Part shown: in pieces, positions 39,676-51,867 of the stretch
Layout of the letters: each line of letters begins with the position of its first letter
Position numbering within the stretch: the stretch's first letter is position 1
From: Eledone cirrhosa
Taxonomy: Eukaryota
Assembly (NCBI GenBank): GCA_964016885.1
Contig: OZ024759.1
Coordinates: forward strand, 19,964,001-20,028,000
Direction: 5' to 3'
DNA length: 64,000 bases
Notes under the pieces: generated by a model
Told to the model about the DNA's origin: nothing
Database searches by the model: none
Seen by the model: the letters and a program-made list of their open reading frames with translations, nothing else
Made by a program: the position numbers and the translations under genes

Positions 39676-40987
39676 ATTGAGGGAGAGGTGTGTGTATGGG
39701 GGGGGGTAAATTAGGTTAAGGGGTAGGGAGCAGTTAAATGATAGTGAGAGAAGGGGCTGAGAAAAATAAATGGGATTCCTTCCACCACCATCCCCCCCCC
39801 CATCACCACCACCACCATCATCGTCATCAATATCATCAATATCATCACTATCATTATTATCATCTCCATCAATATCACCAGCACCACCCCTCCGCCACCA
39901 CCACCACCACCACCATCACCCCTCCACCACCATCACCACCTCCACCACCACCACCATCATCATCATCACCAATGTCACCATCACCATCAATATCACTATC
40001 ATCACCATCACCATCTTCACCCCCCCCCCCTGCCTTACTCTATATCTCATCCTCCCGCCCCTCCTCTCCCTACACATTATGTTCACCCCCCCCCCCCTTC
40101 CTCCAAATATGGAGATATGGTAACCTAGCAACAACATGGCACATGGCACCTGCAGCTAGTGACATAGTATCTGGTGTACTGATGCAATGTTGGTGGTGGT
40201 GGGGTAGTGTTGGTGATGGGGGGGAGGAGTAGTGGTGGTGAGAGGGGGGTGGTAGTGGTGGTGGAGGGATGGTGGTGGCGGTGGTGGTGGTGGTGTTAGT
40301 GGTAGCAGTGGTGGCGTGGTGGTGGCAGTGGAGTGGTGTTGGAGTGGTGGTGGCAGTGGAATGGTAGTGGAATGGTAGTGGGTGGTGGTGAGAGAAGCTG
40401 GGTGTTAGTTGGTGGTGGTGGTGGTGGAGTGTAGTAGTGGTGGTGAGAGAGGCTAGTTGGTGGTGGTGAGAGAAGCTAGGTGTTGGTGGTGGTGATGGTG
40501 GTGGTGGTGGAGTGTAGTGGTGGTTAGTTGGTGGTGGTGGTGAGAGAAGCTGGGTGTTGGTGGTGGTGGTGTAGTGGTGGTGGTGAGAGAGGCTAGTTGG
40601 TGGTGGTGAGAGAAGCTGGGTGGTGGTGGTGGTGGAGTGTAGTGGTGGTGGTGAGAGAGGCTAGTTGGTGGTTAGTTGGTGGTAGTGAGAGAGTCTAGGT
40701 GTTAGTTGGTAGTGCTGCAATTCTAAAACTACTAACAACATGCTACCGTCCTCCCATTGGCGTGAATAGGGTGGTCGACAGCTATAAATAGCAGCCAAGT
40801 CCTTTCAACTGATTTAGCTCTACAGAGAAGAAGCCGTTTATATATCCGAAATAAATTTAGTTAAATTAAATTAAAGGAGTCATGTCTGAAACATGCACCA
40901 TATCCACTGTAGAATAAGCTCAAAGATGAATAGATCCGAGCATTTTATATCAACTAGAAATTGATTGACATATATATATATATATTT

Positions 40988-41260
40988 GTGTTGTGTTGTT
41001 TCCTTGAGCAAGGCACTTTATTTCACATTGCTCCAGTTTACTCAGCTGTAGAAATGAGATGATAGGGACTGGGGTCCCTATCATTCCACTGCAAAGTGGT
41101 CGTGGAGGCGCAATGGCAAAAAAGCACCCAGCACTCACTGTAAATGAGGTTGGTGTTAGGAAGGGCATCCAGCTGTAGAAATCAAGCCAGAATCAGTTCC
41201 TGTCCCACCCTTGCAAGCAGGGAAAAGTGAACGTAAAATGAAATGATGATGAATGATGAT
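40988..41260 (+). mobile_element. SINE family A, 5'-truncated
   Basis: Near-identical to 10545-10805. Confidence 0.85.
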
Positions 41261-41322
41261 TTAAAATAAACACGGGGAAACAATCACAGGGGATAATTTG
41301 TAAAGTGTGTAATCACTATCTA

Positions 41323-41497
41323 TAATATAGAAAAGGCTTCTACAGGAGTAGAACTGTTTCATTTGGATTCCTGATGATTTCTCTCGAATGAAACAGTTCT
41401 AGTCCAGTAGTAGCCTTTTCTATATTAAATATTTATACTCAACTTTGTATTGAGTACCTTACTTACTGTGGTTACCCCCAATTGAACCTGGGATAAA
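41323..41497 (+). mobile_element. Penelope-like fragment with 41-bp inverted 5' copy and hammerhead-like core
   Basis: Inverted repeat 41323-41363 / 41387-41427. CTGATGA (41371) and GAAA (41390) flank a weak helix II. Homologous to 21820-21912. Confidence 0.6.
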
Positions 41498-41556
41498 CTT
41501 ATATATATATAGGAGGAGGTTATAGTTCACTTGAAGCATTGTGTAATGAGGTATAC

Positions 41557-41787
41557 ACGTTTGAATATGTATAATAAAGCCAAAACAATGCAGGTATGGA
41601 CAAGCTACTTAGAACGCTGGTTTGAGACCTTTATTTCCCTCTGAAGAAGAGATATTATCTCGAAAATTAAGGACATTTAAATAAATCTAAGGTAAAAGAC
41701 TAATTGTCAACAATATCTTTTGCATTTGCATTCTTTATTCTATGTCCATACCTGCATTGTTTTGGCTTTATTATACATATTCAAACG

Positions 41788-41790
<3 letters not shown>
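41557..41790 (+). mobile_element. Penelope-like fragment with ~46-bp terminal inverted copy and minimal hammerhead
   Basis: Inverted repeat ~41557-41602 / ~41743-41788. Positions 41638-41672 read CCT-CTGAAGA-A-GAGAT att ATCTC-GAAA-AT-TA-AGG (AATT palindromic helix III, 3-bp helix I). Confidence 0.7.
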
Positions 41791-41822
<32 letters not shown>

Positions 41823-41852
41823 ACTTGAGGAGGGTCATATTGTTGTAATAAT

Positions 41853-42053
41853 TGTTTCTAATTTTGGCACAAGGCCAGCAATTACTCAGTACATTACTGG
41901 TACTTTTTTTATCGACCCCGTAAGAATGAAAGGCAAAGTTGACCTCGGCGGGATTTGAACTCGGCGGGATTTGAACTCAGAATGGAAAGGGCCGTAACTC
42001 TATGTGTCAAAGCATGACGTCCGACCCTCTGCTGATACTGCCAATCCACTGCC
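41853..42053 (-). mobile_element. SINE family B with 17-bp TSD
   Basis: CATATTGTTGTAATAAT at 41836-41852 and 42054-42070, plus an internal 19-bp duplication of the B-box region. Confidence 0.9.
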
Positions 42054-42499
42054 CATATTGTTGTAATAATATTGCCAGAAATAATAACAGAACACACTCA
42101 CTGTTTGGTTGGTTTTCGCTTCTGTATCCTTTATATCTCCACAGTTAATTCATTTGGTCCTCAATGTTTACCATTCTAGGACCTTCTCACTCCTGTTGGA
42201 GGAACCGCTTCCCTGGTTGAACTCCATTACTTTGTGTTTGGTCTTGATCATGTCAGAGCTGTAACTTACTCACTACACTTGACCAATTGCATATTGGTGA
42301 GACTATTTAGCCCATAGTTGGGAAAAATGGACGTTGACTCTGAGGAGTTCATTTGCTCTTTTAAAAACATAAAAAGCCATAACTACATGTGGCAAACTAT
42401 TTTATTTGACACCCTAAACATTCTGCCAGTCCACCACACTAACACTACTGAAAAATAATGATAAAACTCGATATTTCTATATCAAGTCTAAAAATAAAT

Positions 42500-43956
42500 G
42501 GTTTATCTCTTTCCTTACCATATTTCTAATAAAAGACACAGCCAATAATTTTCCAATCATATTTTCAATCACGTTTTTTGAGAGATTTAGTGATATAACT
42601 AATTGTCTTTTTATTAAGCTGGGTTTGGGAACAAAATTTAAAAAAGGTTAATAATTTCATTATCATATTTCTAATGAAAGACACTGTCTATGATTTTGGA
42701 ATAATTTTGAAAATAATCAAAAATTTGAAGAGATTTAGTAATACAACTAATTTTCTCATTATTAAGCTGGTGTTTGGAATATAACAAAGGTTATTACATA
42801 AAATAATAATGGAAAGTTTTTTGATAAATGTAAATATTTTAATCCTTTTGTTATGTTTCTAATGAAAGACACTGCCTATAATTTTCAAATAATTTTCGAA
42901 ATAATCCAGAATTTAGAGAGATTTAATAATATAACTAACCTTTTTCATTATTAAGATGGTGTTTGGAACATAACATAACAAAGGTTCTTATATAAACTTA
43001 TGATGGAAGGTTTTCTGATAAATATAAACACTTTATAATGGTCAGTTTTGTATCATAGAACCAAAGGTTTGGTTTTAAGTGACTTGGTATCAAATAGTTA
43101 AGCTGGTGTTTGGAACGTATATAAACTTATAATGGAAGGTTTTTAGGTAAATATAAACACTTAAAAATGGACAGTTTTCTATCATAGAACCAAAGGTTTG
43201 GTTTTAAGTGGTTTGGTATCCAATAGTTAAGCTGATGTTTGGAACATAACATAACAAAGGTTCTTATATAAACTTATGATGGAAGGTTTTCTGATGAATA
43301 TAAACACTTTAAAATGGACAGTTTTCTATCATAGAACCAAAGGTTTGGTTTTAAGTGGTTTGGTATCCAATAGTTAAGCTGGTGTTTGGAGCATAACATA
43401 ACAAAGGATGTTAAATAAAATTATGATAGGTTTTTAGATAAATATAAACACTTTAAAATGAACAGTTTTCTATCATAGAACCAAAGGTTTGGTTTTAAGT
43501 GGTTTGGTATCCAATAGTTAAGCTGGTGTTTGGAACATAACATAACAAAGGTTCTTATATAAACTTATGATGGAAGGATTTTAGGTAAATATAACACTTT
43601 AAAATGGACAGTTTTCTATCATAGAACCAAAGGTTTGGTTTTAAGTGGTTTGGTATCCAATAGTTAAGCTGATGTTTGGAACATAACATAACAAAGGTTC
43701 TTATATAAACTTATGATGGAAGGTTTTCTGATAAATATAAACACTTTAAAATGGACAGTTTTCTATCATAGAACCAAAGGTTTGGTTTTAAGTGGTTTGG
43801 TATCCAATAGTTAAGCTAGTGTTTGGAACATAACATAACAAAGGTTCTTATATAAACTTATGATGGAAGGATTTTAGGTAAATATAACACTTTAAAATGG
43901 ACAGTTTTCTATCATAGAACCAGCGGCAGTTTCAGGCAGTTTATCAAAAGGGCTTA
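42500..43956 (+). repeat. MITE family 2-derived tandem array, including 6-7 copies of a ~146-bp unit (42950-43920)
   Basis: Unit AAGCTGGTGTTTGGAACATAAC...ATCATAGAACCAAAGGTTTGGTTTTAAGTGGTTTGGTATCCAATAGTT. The array ends in the MITE-like terminus TATCAAAAGGGCTTA. Confidence 0.85.
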
Positions 43957-44145
43957 GATGCACATCAAATAATTTGTAGTGGCTGGGTTTGAGTGAGGTG
44001 GTGTAGGGCGGAAGGCTGTTTTGGGCTTAATTGACATAACTCTGAGAGTCTGGGATGATGCTTGTCTGGACTGACAAGAAGATCAAAGACAAATGTCCAG
44101 ATAGCGTAATCAAAGACAGAATAATATTTATTACATACATACATA

Positions 44146-44193
<48 letters not shown>

Positions 44194-44467
44194 TAGACAT
44201 ACATATGTATATATATATCTATGTGTATACATATGTGTATATAAATATGTATATATATATATGTATATATATACATTTATATATGTATATATATATATAT
44301 ATATATGTATCTATATATATATATGTATATATGTGTGTATGTATGTACGTGTATATATATACATTTATATATGTATATATGTATGTATATGTATATGTAT
44401 ATATGTGTGTGTATGTATGTGTATTTATATATATATATATATATATATACGTATATTTGTATGTGTG

Positions 44468-44509
<42 letters not shown>

Positions 44510-44619
44510 AATAATTATATGTATATATATAAATATGTATGTATATATATATAAATATATATAAATATGTATGTATATTTATTTGTATGTATATAGATAT
44601 GTAGGTATATATGTGTGTG

Positions 44620-44683
<64 letters not shown>

Positions 44684-45090
44684 TATATATATGTATATAT
44701 ATATATATACACACACACATACACACAGATTTTGATAGACAGCTTGATCCTTTTTGATTAAAAAGCAAAACAAAATCAAACACAAGCAAAGATCATTCTA
44801 GAAAGAGGTTAAGAACTCAAAAGGATACAAGCTTTTCGGAATGGTAATTCTCAAGATTCGGACATGAAAGCATAAACCATATTAAAAATGATTGATGGAT
44901 GTACTGAATATACTTAAAATAAAAATATAAAATAAAAATAAAATCAATAAAGATAAATACTATATCAAATTTCAATATAAACTCTTAACATCCTGTGATG
45001 ATTTCAGAGGAAAATATATATAAAAAAAAAAAAATAGTTTGTTCGTTTAAATCGTCGCTATTACCATCATCATCATCATCATCATCATCA

Positions 45091-45147
<57 letters not shown>

Positions 45148-45175
45148 TCATCATCATCATCATAAACATCATCAA

Positions 45176-45232
<57 letters not shown>

Positions 45233-45409
45233 AAACATCATCAACAACATCATCATCATCATCGTCGTCGTCGTCATCATCGTCATCATCATCGTCATCA
45301 TCATCATCATCATCGTCGTACATCTGTTTTTCCTGCTAGCCAGGATTGGAGAGATGTTTCTAGTGTCTTTATTTTTGTACAGATTGATCGCCGGTGAGAA
45401 TTTGCAGTG

Positions 45410-45793
45410 TTAACACTTTAGCATTTAAACCAGCCATATCCACCCAGAATTCTCTCACCTCTTTCTGTTCAAACCAGTTGTAACTGGCCATTCATACTGA
45501 TGTTAAGGTATTGTTCTCAAAATAAATAATATCGAAATTTCATAGATTCGTTATTATCTGAGATAATTGTGTGAGGTATTTAAACCAGCCATATCTGCCT
45601 AGAATTCTCCCATCTCTTTCTGTTCAAACCGGCTGTAACCAGCCGTTCATATTGATGTCAAGGTGTTATTCTCAGAATAAATCATATCAAAATATCATAG
45701 ATTCTATATTATGTGAGATAATTATGTTAGGTAAAGCTTTTTCCATGAAAATATAGTAGTAAATATAGAGTAATGTAAATGCTAAAAGGTTAT
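45410..45793 (-). mobile_element. TTAA MITE family 1 with internal ~150-bp duplication
   Basis: Two successive TTTAAACCAGCCATATC..TTCTGTTCAAACC blocks. Confidence 0.8.
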
Positions 45794-45877
45794 CATCTGT
45801 TTTCTCTGCTAGCAAAGGTTTGAGAAATATTTATAGTGTCCTTATTTGTGGACAGATTGCTGTGAGAATTTGCAGTA

Positions 45878-46720
45878 ATAACCCTTTAGCATTTAACCTG
45901 TTGACTGCCGTGTATATTTTACACAGCTACAGTTGCTGTGCCGGTTTTTTTTTTCCAGTAAAATGACTATTTCTTTAAACAAACATTTATTAATAACACA
46001 TATCTGAATGATTGACAAACATCACATCAATAAACTAGTAACCCCATCTAGCTTTGAAGTTATGAACTGTTGGAAACGAGTTCATAACTTTGAAGTTATG
46101 AACTGTTGGAAACGAGTACATAACTTTGAAGTTATGAACTGTTGGAAATGAGTACATAACTTTGAAGTTATGAACTGTTGGAAATGAGTACATAACTTTG
46201 AAGTTATGAACTGTTGGAAATGAGTACATAACTTTGAAGTTATGAACTGTTGGAAATGAGTACATAACTTTGAAGTTATGAACTGTTGGAAACGAGTACA
46301 TAATTTTGAAGTTATGAACTGTTGGAAACGAGTACATAACTTTGAAGTTATGAACTGTTGGAAACGAGTACATAACTTTGAAGTTATGAACTGTTGGAAA
46401 CAAGTACATAACTTTGAAGTTATGAACTGTTGGAAAAGTGTTCAAACATGTCAGGGTGAGTTATCTCGTCCGTGGCACTAGAATGCAAACATGTTAGGAT
46501 GAGTTATCTCATCTACGGCACTGAAGAGGTTAAACCGGCCATATCCACCCAGAATTCTCTCACCCTTTTCTGTTCAAGCCGGCCACAAACAGCTGCTCAT
46601 ACTTATGTTAAGGTATTGTTCTCAAAATAAATAATACCAAAATCTCGAAGATGTGAGGTAAAGCCTTTACCATGAAAATATAATAGTATATTTAGGGTAA
46701 TGTAAATACTAAATAGTTAA
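45878..46720 (-). mobile_element. TTAA MITE family 1 interrupted by a nested element
   Basis: CCCTTTAGCAT-TTAA [insert] TTAA-ACCGGCCATATCC restores the uninterrupted MITE sequence. Confidence 0.82.
45897..46529. mobile_element. nested piggyBac-type non-autonomous element with an internal 36-bp array
   Basis: TTAA TSD at 45893-45896 and 46530-46533. TIRs CCTGTTGACTGCCGT / ACGGCACTGAAGAGG match 12 of 15. About 11 copies of a 36-bp unit lie at 46052-46437. Confidence 0.82.
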
Positions 46721-46917
46721 AGACTTAAATTTTAATGTGATATATTCATAGTAATGTTTTATATATTTTTAAGAAGTTCTTTCTAAGGTAGTTTTATGAA
46801 TACAGGGCATAAAGACTTTAACATGATGCTGCTGTACTTTTCAAGAATGTCTTCTTAATGTGGTTTCAAGTGTTTTGCTAATTCAAATGTTTACAATGTT
46901 GTTATTTCTAGTCAGAT

Positions 46918-47105
46918 AGGGTGGTGAATTGGCAGTATCGGTAGAGGGTCGGACGCCATGCTTTGACGCATAGAGTTACGGCCCTTGCCATTCTGAGTTC
47001 AAATCCCGTCGAGGTTAATTTTGCCTTTCATCCTTACGGGGTCGATAAAATAAAGTACCAGTAATGTACTGGGTAATTGCTGGCCTTGTGCCAAAAGAAG
47101 AAACA
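46918..47105 (+). mobile_element. SINE family B, full length with 17-bp TSD
   Basis: GTTATTTCTAGTCAGAT at 46901-46917 and 47106-47122. A box TGGCAGTATCGG and B box GAGTTCAAATCC. Confidence 0.9.
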
Positions 47106-47437
47106 GTTATTTCTAGTCAGATTGTTGGGAGAATTTTTAGTATAGAAGTAAGAACTTTAATTCTTAATGTGATGTAGTCATAGTGATGTTTTATACTTTT
47201 AAAGAATGTCTTGCTAATGTGGTATCTTAATTTAAATGCTTATAGTGTCTTTATTTGTGGACAGATTGTTGTAAAAGTTTGCAGTATTAAAGACTTAAAT
47301 TTCTAATGGGATGTAGACATAGTGCTGTTTTATACTTTTAAAGAATTTCTTCATATGGTTTCATGTAGTTTGTTAATTCGGATGTTTATACTATATATGT
47401 ACATACACACAAACACACACATATATATATACACATT

Positions 47438-47893
47438 TGTGAAGGCGCGTGGCTGGGTGGTAAGAGAATTGGATTCATAATCGTGAGGCTCTGAGTTTGA
47501 TTCCTGGACAGGGCGATGCATTATGTCCTTGGGCAAGACACTTTATTTCACGTTGCTCCTTCTACCTGGAGTTGCGACCAATAGAGAGTATTAGCAATTG
47601 GAAAGACCAACGGAAACATTGTTTCCTCAGTCCGATTTGATGAAGGTCGATCGACTGTCGATACATGCATATATATACGGAGTAGAACTTGTCAAACCAG
47701 ATCAAAGAAACAATGTTTCCATTGGTTTTTCCATTGCTGATATTATCTACCAGTCATGACACCTGGTAGAAACAGCTGAGTAAACTGGAGCAATGTGAAA
47801 TAAAGTGTCTTACTTAAGGACATAACACATCACCCAGTCCAGAAATCGAACTAACAACCTCAGGATTGTGAATCCAATTCTCTAACCACTAAG
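47438..47893. mobile_element. tail-to-tail inverted pair of tRNA-derived SINEs (family A head, different tail)
   Basis: Plus copy 47438-47650 and minus copy 47685-47893 share the head and a GGAAACATTGTTTC tail. Confidence 0.75.
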
Positions 47894-48087
47894 AGTATTT
47901 TGTCCTTGTCATGTAATTTCATGTAATTTCTGCTTCATCTTCTGTAAAATTCTTCAGGACAGTGTTTAAGTATCTTGTCAGACATTGTCACCTTGAATGG
48001 ACCAGCAGTATTGTTGGTAGACGTCAAAACAGTGTATGTCTTTTTTGTATCTGCTGCCAATTTTGGTATATATATATATATATATAT

Positions 48088-48620
48088 ATCATCATCATCA
48101 TCATCATCATCGTTTAACGTCCATCTTCCACGCTTGCATGGGTTTGGACAGGAATTTTCCCACTTGAGGCAAGATTGGTTGTCTTGGTCGTATAGGACTG
48201 TCTGGTGGGTTTTCTACGGCTGGATGCCCTTCCTAACACCAACTACGTTTACAGTGTGGACTGGTTTTTACTGTGTTACCTACACGGCAACATTACAGCG
48301 TGGACTGTGTTTTTTTTTGTCGTGACACCTACACGACCTCATTTTTTTCGGACTGGTTGTTGTGGTACCAACATAACTTTCCATCGAAAGGGGTGGTGTG
48401 GGGGTAGTGGGACCGGGGTGTATTTTTGTTAGGAGGTGCCTACTGACTGTAGGTTTCACTTTGTATTTAGGCAAGGCGGTCTTCTGTATTACTGTGTAGC
48501 GCCAAAGATCTTGGTCCAGTGACATTGTCTTGGAGAGGTGTAAGTGTGTGAGGTCGGAATTTATCAAGTCGTCCCAGGTGTTTCTGGGTCTGCCTACTCC
48601 GTGGCTACCATCTATTTTTA
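48088..48620 (-). mobile_element. RTE-like ORF end joined to a SINE-A-type 3' tail
   Basis: Minus frame reads GVGRPRNTWDDLINSDL..DQDLWRYTV. The tail is GGAAGATGGACGTTAAAC(GAT)n. Confidence 0.65.
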
Positions 48621-48644
48621 TCGCCATATATATATATGCATACA

Positions 48645-49048
48645 TGATGGCTGCAAACTCTGCCAAGAGTATTGCAATTGCTTGTCAGATTCAGATGTGT
48701 GATGCTCAGATATGACCTATCAAGCCTGCTAGAGACTTGCACTCCTTCACACACTGACGACAACTATGGATCTCCCTGGCTTGAGGTCCTGCATCAGGCT
48801 GCCTGTGAACCCTCACAACACCGTGGAGATCATAGTTCACTGGTTCTCTCTTAACATGGCCGCCACTGTGGCTCCTGAGATCAGATTTGCTCAAGCAAGT
48901 TTTTCCACACTCAGGGCACTTCAATTCAATGGAGACACCAATCATTTTGAGAGATACACCAGGGCATTGCTTACGCACATCCCGTTTGATCTTCTCATGC
49001 TCTATGCGCCTGTCCTCAAAATTATGGACCCCATCATTCACCATTCCA
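48645..49048 (-). mobile_element. RTE LINE 3' fragment with two C2H2 fingers
   Basis: FEDRRIEHEKIKRDVRK..CPECGKTCLSKSDLRSHSGGH..CRQCVKECKSLAGL, ending ATACTCTTGGCAGAGTTTGCAGCCATCA. Confidence 0.85.
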
Positions 49049-49144
49049 TATACATACCTACATACATGCATACATATGCATACACATTTATATATACATA
49101 CACATATATATATATACATACACATATATATATAAATATACACA

Positions 49145-49420
49145 TCATCATCATCATCATTTTACGTTCGCTTTTTCCCGGCTTGCAAGGGTGGGATGGG
49201 AACTGATTCTGGCTTGGTTTCTACAGCTGGATGCCCTTCCTAACACCAACCTCATTTACAGTGAGTGCTGGGTGCTTTTTTGCCGTGGCACCTACACGAC
49301 CACTTTGCAGTGGAATGATAGGGACCCCAGTCCCTATCATCTCATTTCTGCAGCTGAGTAAACTGGAGCAATGTGAAATAAAGTGTCTTGCTCAAGGAAA
49401 CAACACATCACCCGGTCGGG
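49145..49420 (-). mobile_element. SINE family A, 5'-truncated
   Basis: Near-identical to 99-365. Confidence 0.85.
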
Positions 49421-49456
49421 AAACAACACATACACACATATATATATATGTATATA

Positions 49457-49501
<45 letters not shown>

Positions 49502-49508
49502 ATGTATG

Positions 49509-50267
49509 CAATTGGAGCGTTTCCATCAGATGTGTCTCAGACGGATACATGGCGTTCGCTGGAGGGACCACATCAGTGATGTCGAGATTTTGGAAAGCTC
49601 TATGTGTGACAGTATAGAAGCTCTTGTGCTTAAGCAGCGACTCCGTTGGAGTGGTCACCTTGCCAGGATGAAGGATTCTAGAATACCAAAACAACTCTTC
49701 TATGGAGAGTTGGTTAAAGGAAAACGACCGCCACATAAACCAAAAAAGAGGTATAAGGATTCCTTGAAGGCCTCTCTGAAAGACGCTAACATCTCTGCTG
49801 ATACATGGGAAAATATTGCTGCTGATCGTAATAAATGAAGAAAGACTGTATATGAGGGAAAAGTTGCCTTTGAGGCATCTCGAATCGCACACGAGAAAGT
49901 AAAGCGGGACGTGAGGAAGGGTATTGCTGTTGCACTTCCAGACGGCGAGGGTCCTCCTATGTTTCTGACATGCAGCGTCTGTGCGAGACTCTGCCTAAGC
50001 AAAGCTGGACTCGAAAGTCATCTTCGCAGTCATAAAGTAAGACCAGTGGTTGACTACCAGGCTGCTGTTGGAGATGCTACTCATCATGCTTGCCAAACAT
50101 GTGGTAGAGAATGTAAATCAGCAGGAGGACTCAAGCGACATGCAAAAGTACACGAACTCCAACCACAGCCGACTATTCCCAGTAAATGTTTTGGTTGCCG
50201 ACTCTGTGCAAGACATTTTAGATCATTGGCTGGGCTAAAAAGCCACATTCGATCGCAGCACTGTTAG
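49509..50267 (+). pseudogene. RTE-clade LINE ORF C-terminus (post-RT region plus three C2H2 zinc fingers), 5'-truncated, one premature stop
   Basis: LERFHQMCLRRI..W.D.ISD.EIL..LRWSGHLARM.D.RIPKQLFYGEL..GKR....PKKRYKDSLK is the RTE/BovB signature. The two track ORFs are in frame and separated by TGA at the conserved Trp. The 3' terminus lies at ~50697-50733, beyond microsatellites. Confidence 0.93.
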
Positions 50268-50275
50268 TTGCTATC

Positions 50276-50313
<38 letters not shown>

Positions 50314-50392
50314 GCTTATGTGCGTGCGTGTGTGTGTATATATATATGAATATGTATATTATTATTTTTGTTGTCGTTATTATTATTATTGC

Positions 50393-50429
<37 letters not shown>

Positions 50430-50551
50430 GTTATTAATGTATGTGTGTATATATGTGTGAGTGTATGTGTATGTATGTGTGTGTGTATATATGTATGTAT
50501 GTGTATGTATGTGTGTGTGTATATATATGTGTATATATATATGTATGTATA

Positions 50552-50586
<35 letters not shown>

Positions 50587-50604
50587 TTTCCCTTTTTTTT
50601 TTTT

Positions 50605-50655
<51 letters not shown>

Positions 50656-50660
50656 TTTTT

Positions 50661-50691
<31 letters not shown>

Positions 50692-50899
50692 TTGTGCAAT
50701 GGCCATACTCGATAACGAGGGGGCAGCCATCATGTGTGCATGTATGTATGTATGAATATATATGTGTGCATGTATGTATGAATATATATGTGTGTATGTA
50801 TGTATATATATATATATATGTGTGTATGTATGTATATATATATATATATGTGTGTATGTATGTATGTATATATATATATTATGTCAGGTATATATATTA

Positions 50900-51509
50900 T
50901 GTCAGGTCACCAGTTGGTGCTACTGGTAACATGTATCCCTGTACAACCTGTCTCATGGTCGGGTCGTTGGCGACTAAACTGGCAACCCCACCAAGGTTTC
51001 TTGGTGAGGAGGGTGACTTTGGACATCCTGCAGGACTAAAAACAAAACCTGTCAAAGGGCAAAGAAGCTCTTAAGAGTCAATGGCCATCCAAAATCACCA
51101 GGAGAGATGACCCCTTAACCTTTGTCAAGGCAGAATTCTAGGAGAAGGAAAACTCTGATATAACACCTGCAACCCTGATGGTATCCAATGATGTTGACTT
51201 GTTCTTCTTTTTGGTAAATATCATCTTGGTTAAGAGAGTGGGACTGGCTTTGTGCAGTGCCTTTGCTCACTATAAAAGCTTCACGGCACAGGCATTGCTT
51301 TATATCTGGAGATCTCTCTGCACTTGTCGTCACATGGTACCATGGGCCCAGGACTATGTGTCAATAATTGTAATAGGTGTAGTGTTTGTACCAGAGTTTT
51401 CAAGTCGCTGGCTGGACTAAAAAGTCACACTCATTCAGCGCATCGGTAGGGGTTCTCCTACATGGATATAAAGTAGTGGCCGCACTCGAAAACGAGTTGG
51501 CAGCCACCA
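50900..51509 (+). mobile_element. non-autonomous RTE derivative, copy 3
   Basis: Near-identical to 491-1100. Confidence 0.85.
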
Positions 51510-51559
51510 TGTATATATATATATATATATATGTATATGTATGTATGTATGTATGTATG

Positions 51560-51620
<61 letters not shown>

Positions 51621-51625
<5 letters not shown>

Positions 51626-51860
51626 TTTTCAAGCCTGCTAGAGACTTGCACACCTTCACACACTGACGACAACTATGGATCTCCCTGGCCTGAGGTCTTG
51701 CATCAGGTTGCCCGTGAACCCTCACAACACCGAGGAGATCATAGTTCACTGGTTCTCTTTGAACATGGCTGCCACTGTGGCTCCTGAGACCATATCCGAG
51801 CGCCCCACATCTGAATCTGAAAAGCGATTGCAATACTCTTGGCAGAGTTTGCAGCCATCA
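51621..51860. mobile_element. 5'-inverted RTE 3' fragment
   Basis: 51621-51790 is the minus-strand and 51790-51860 the plus-strand continuation of the element seen collinear at 48645-48880. Confidence 0.82.
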
Positions 51861-51867
51861 TATATAT

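Noticed and set aside
40781-40792. MEF2/TATA-like CTATAAATAG
   Set aside because: It is a single short motif, probably within a repeat remnant, with no associated gene.
46052-46437. 36-bp palindromic repeats resembling CRISPR direct repeats
   Set aside because: The units are contiguous with no spacers, there are no cas genes, and the array sits inside a eukaryotic TTAA transposon.
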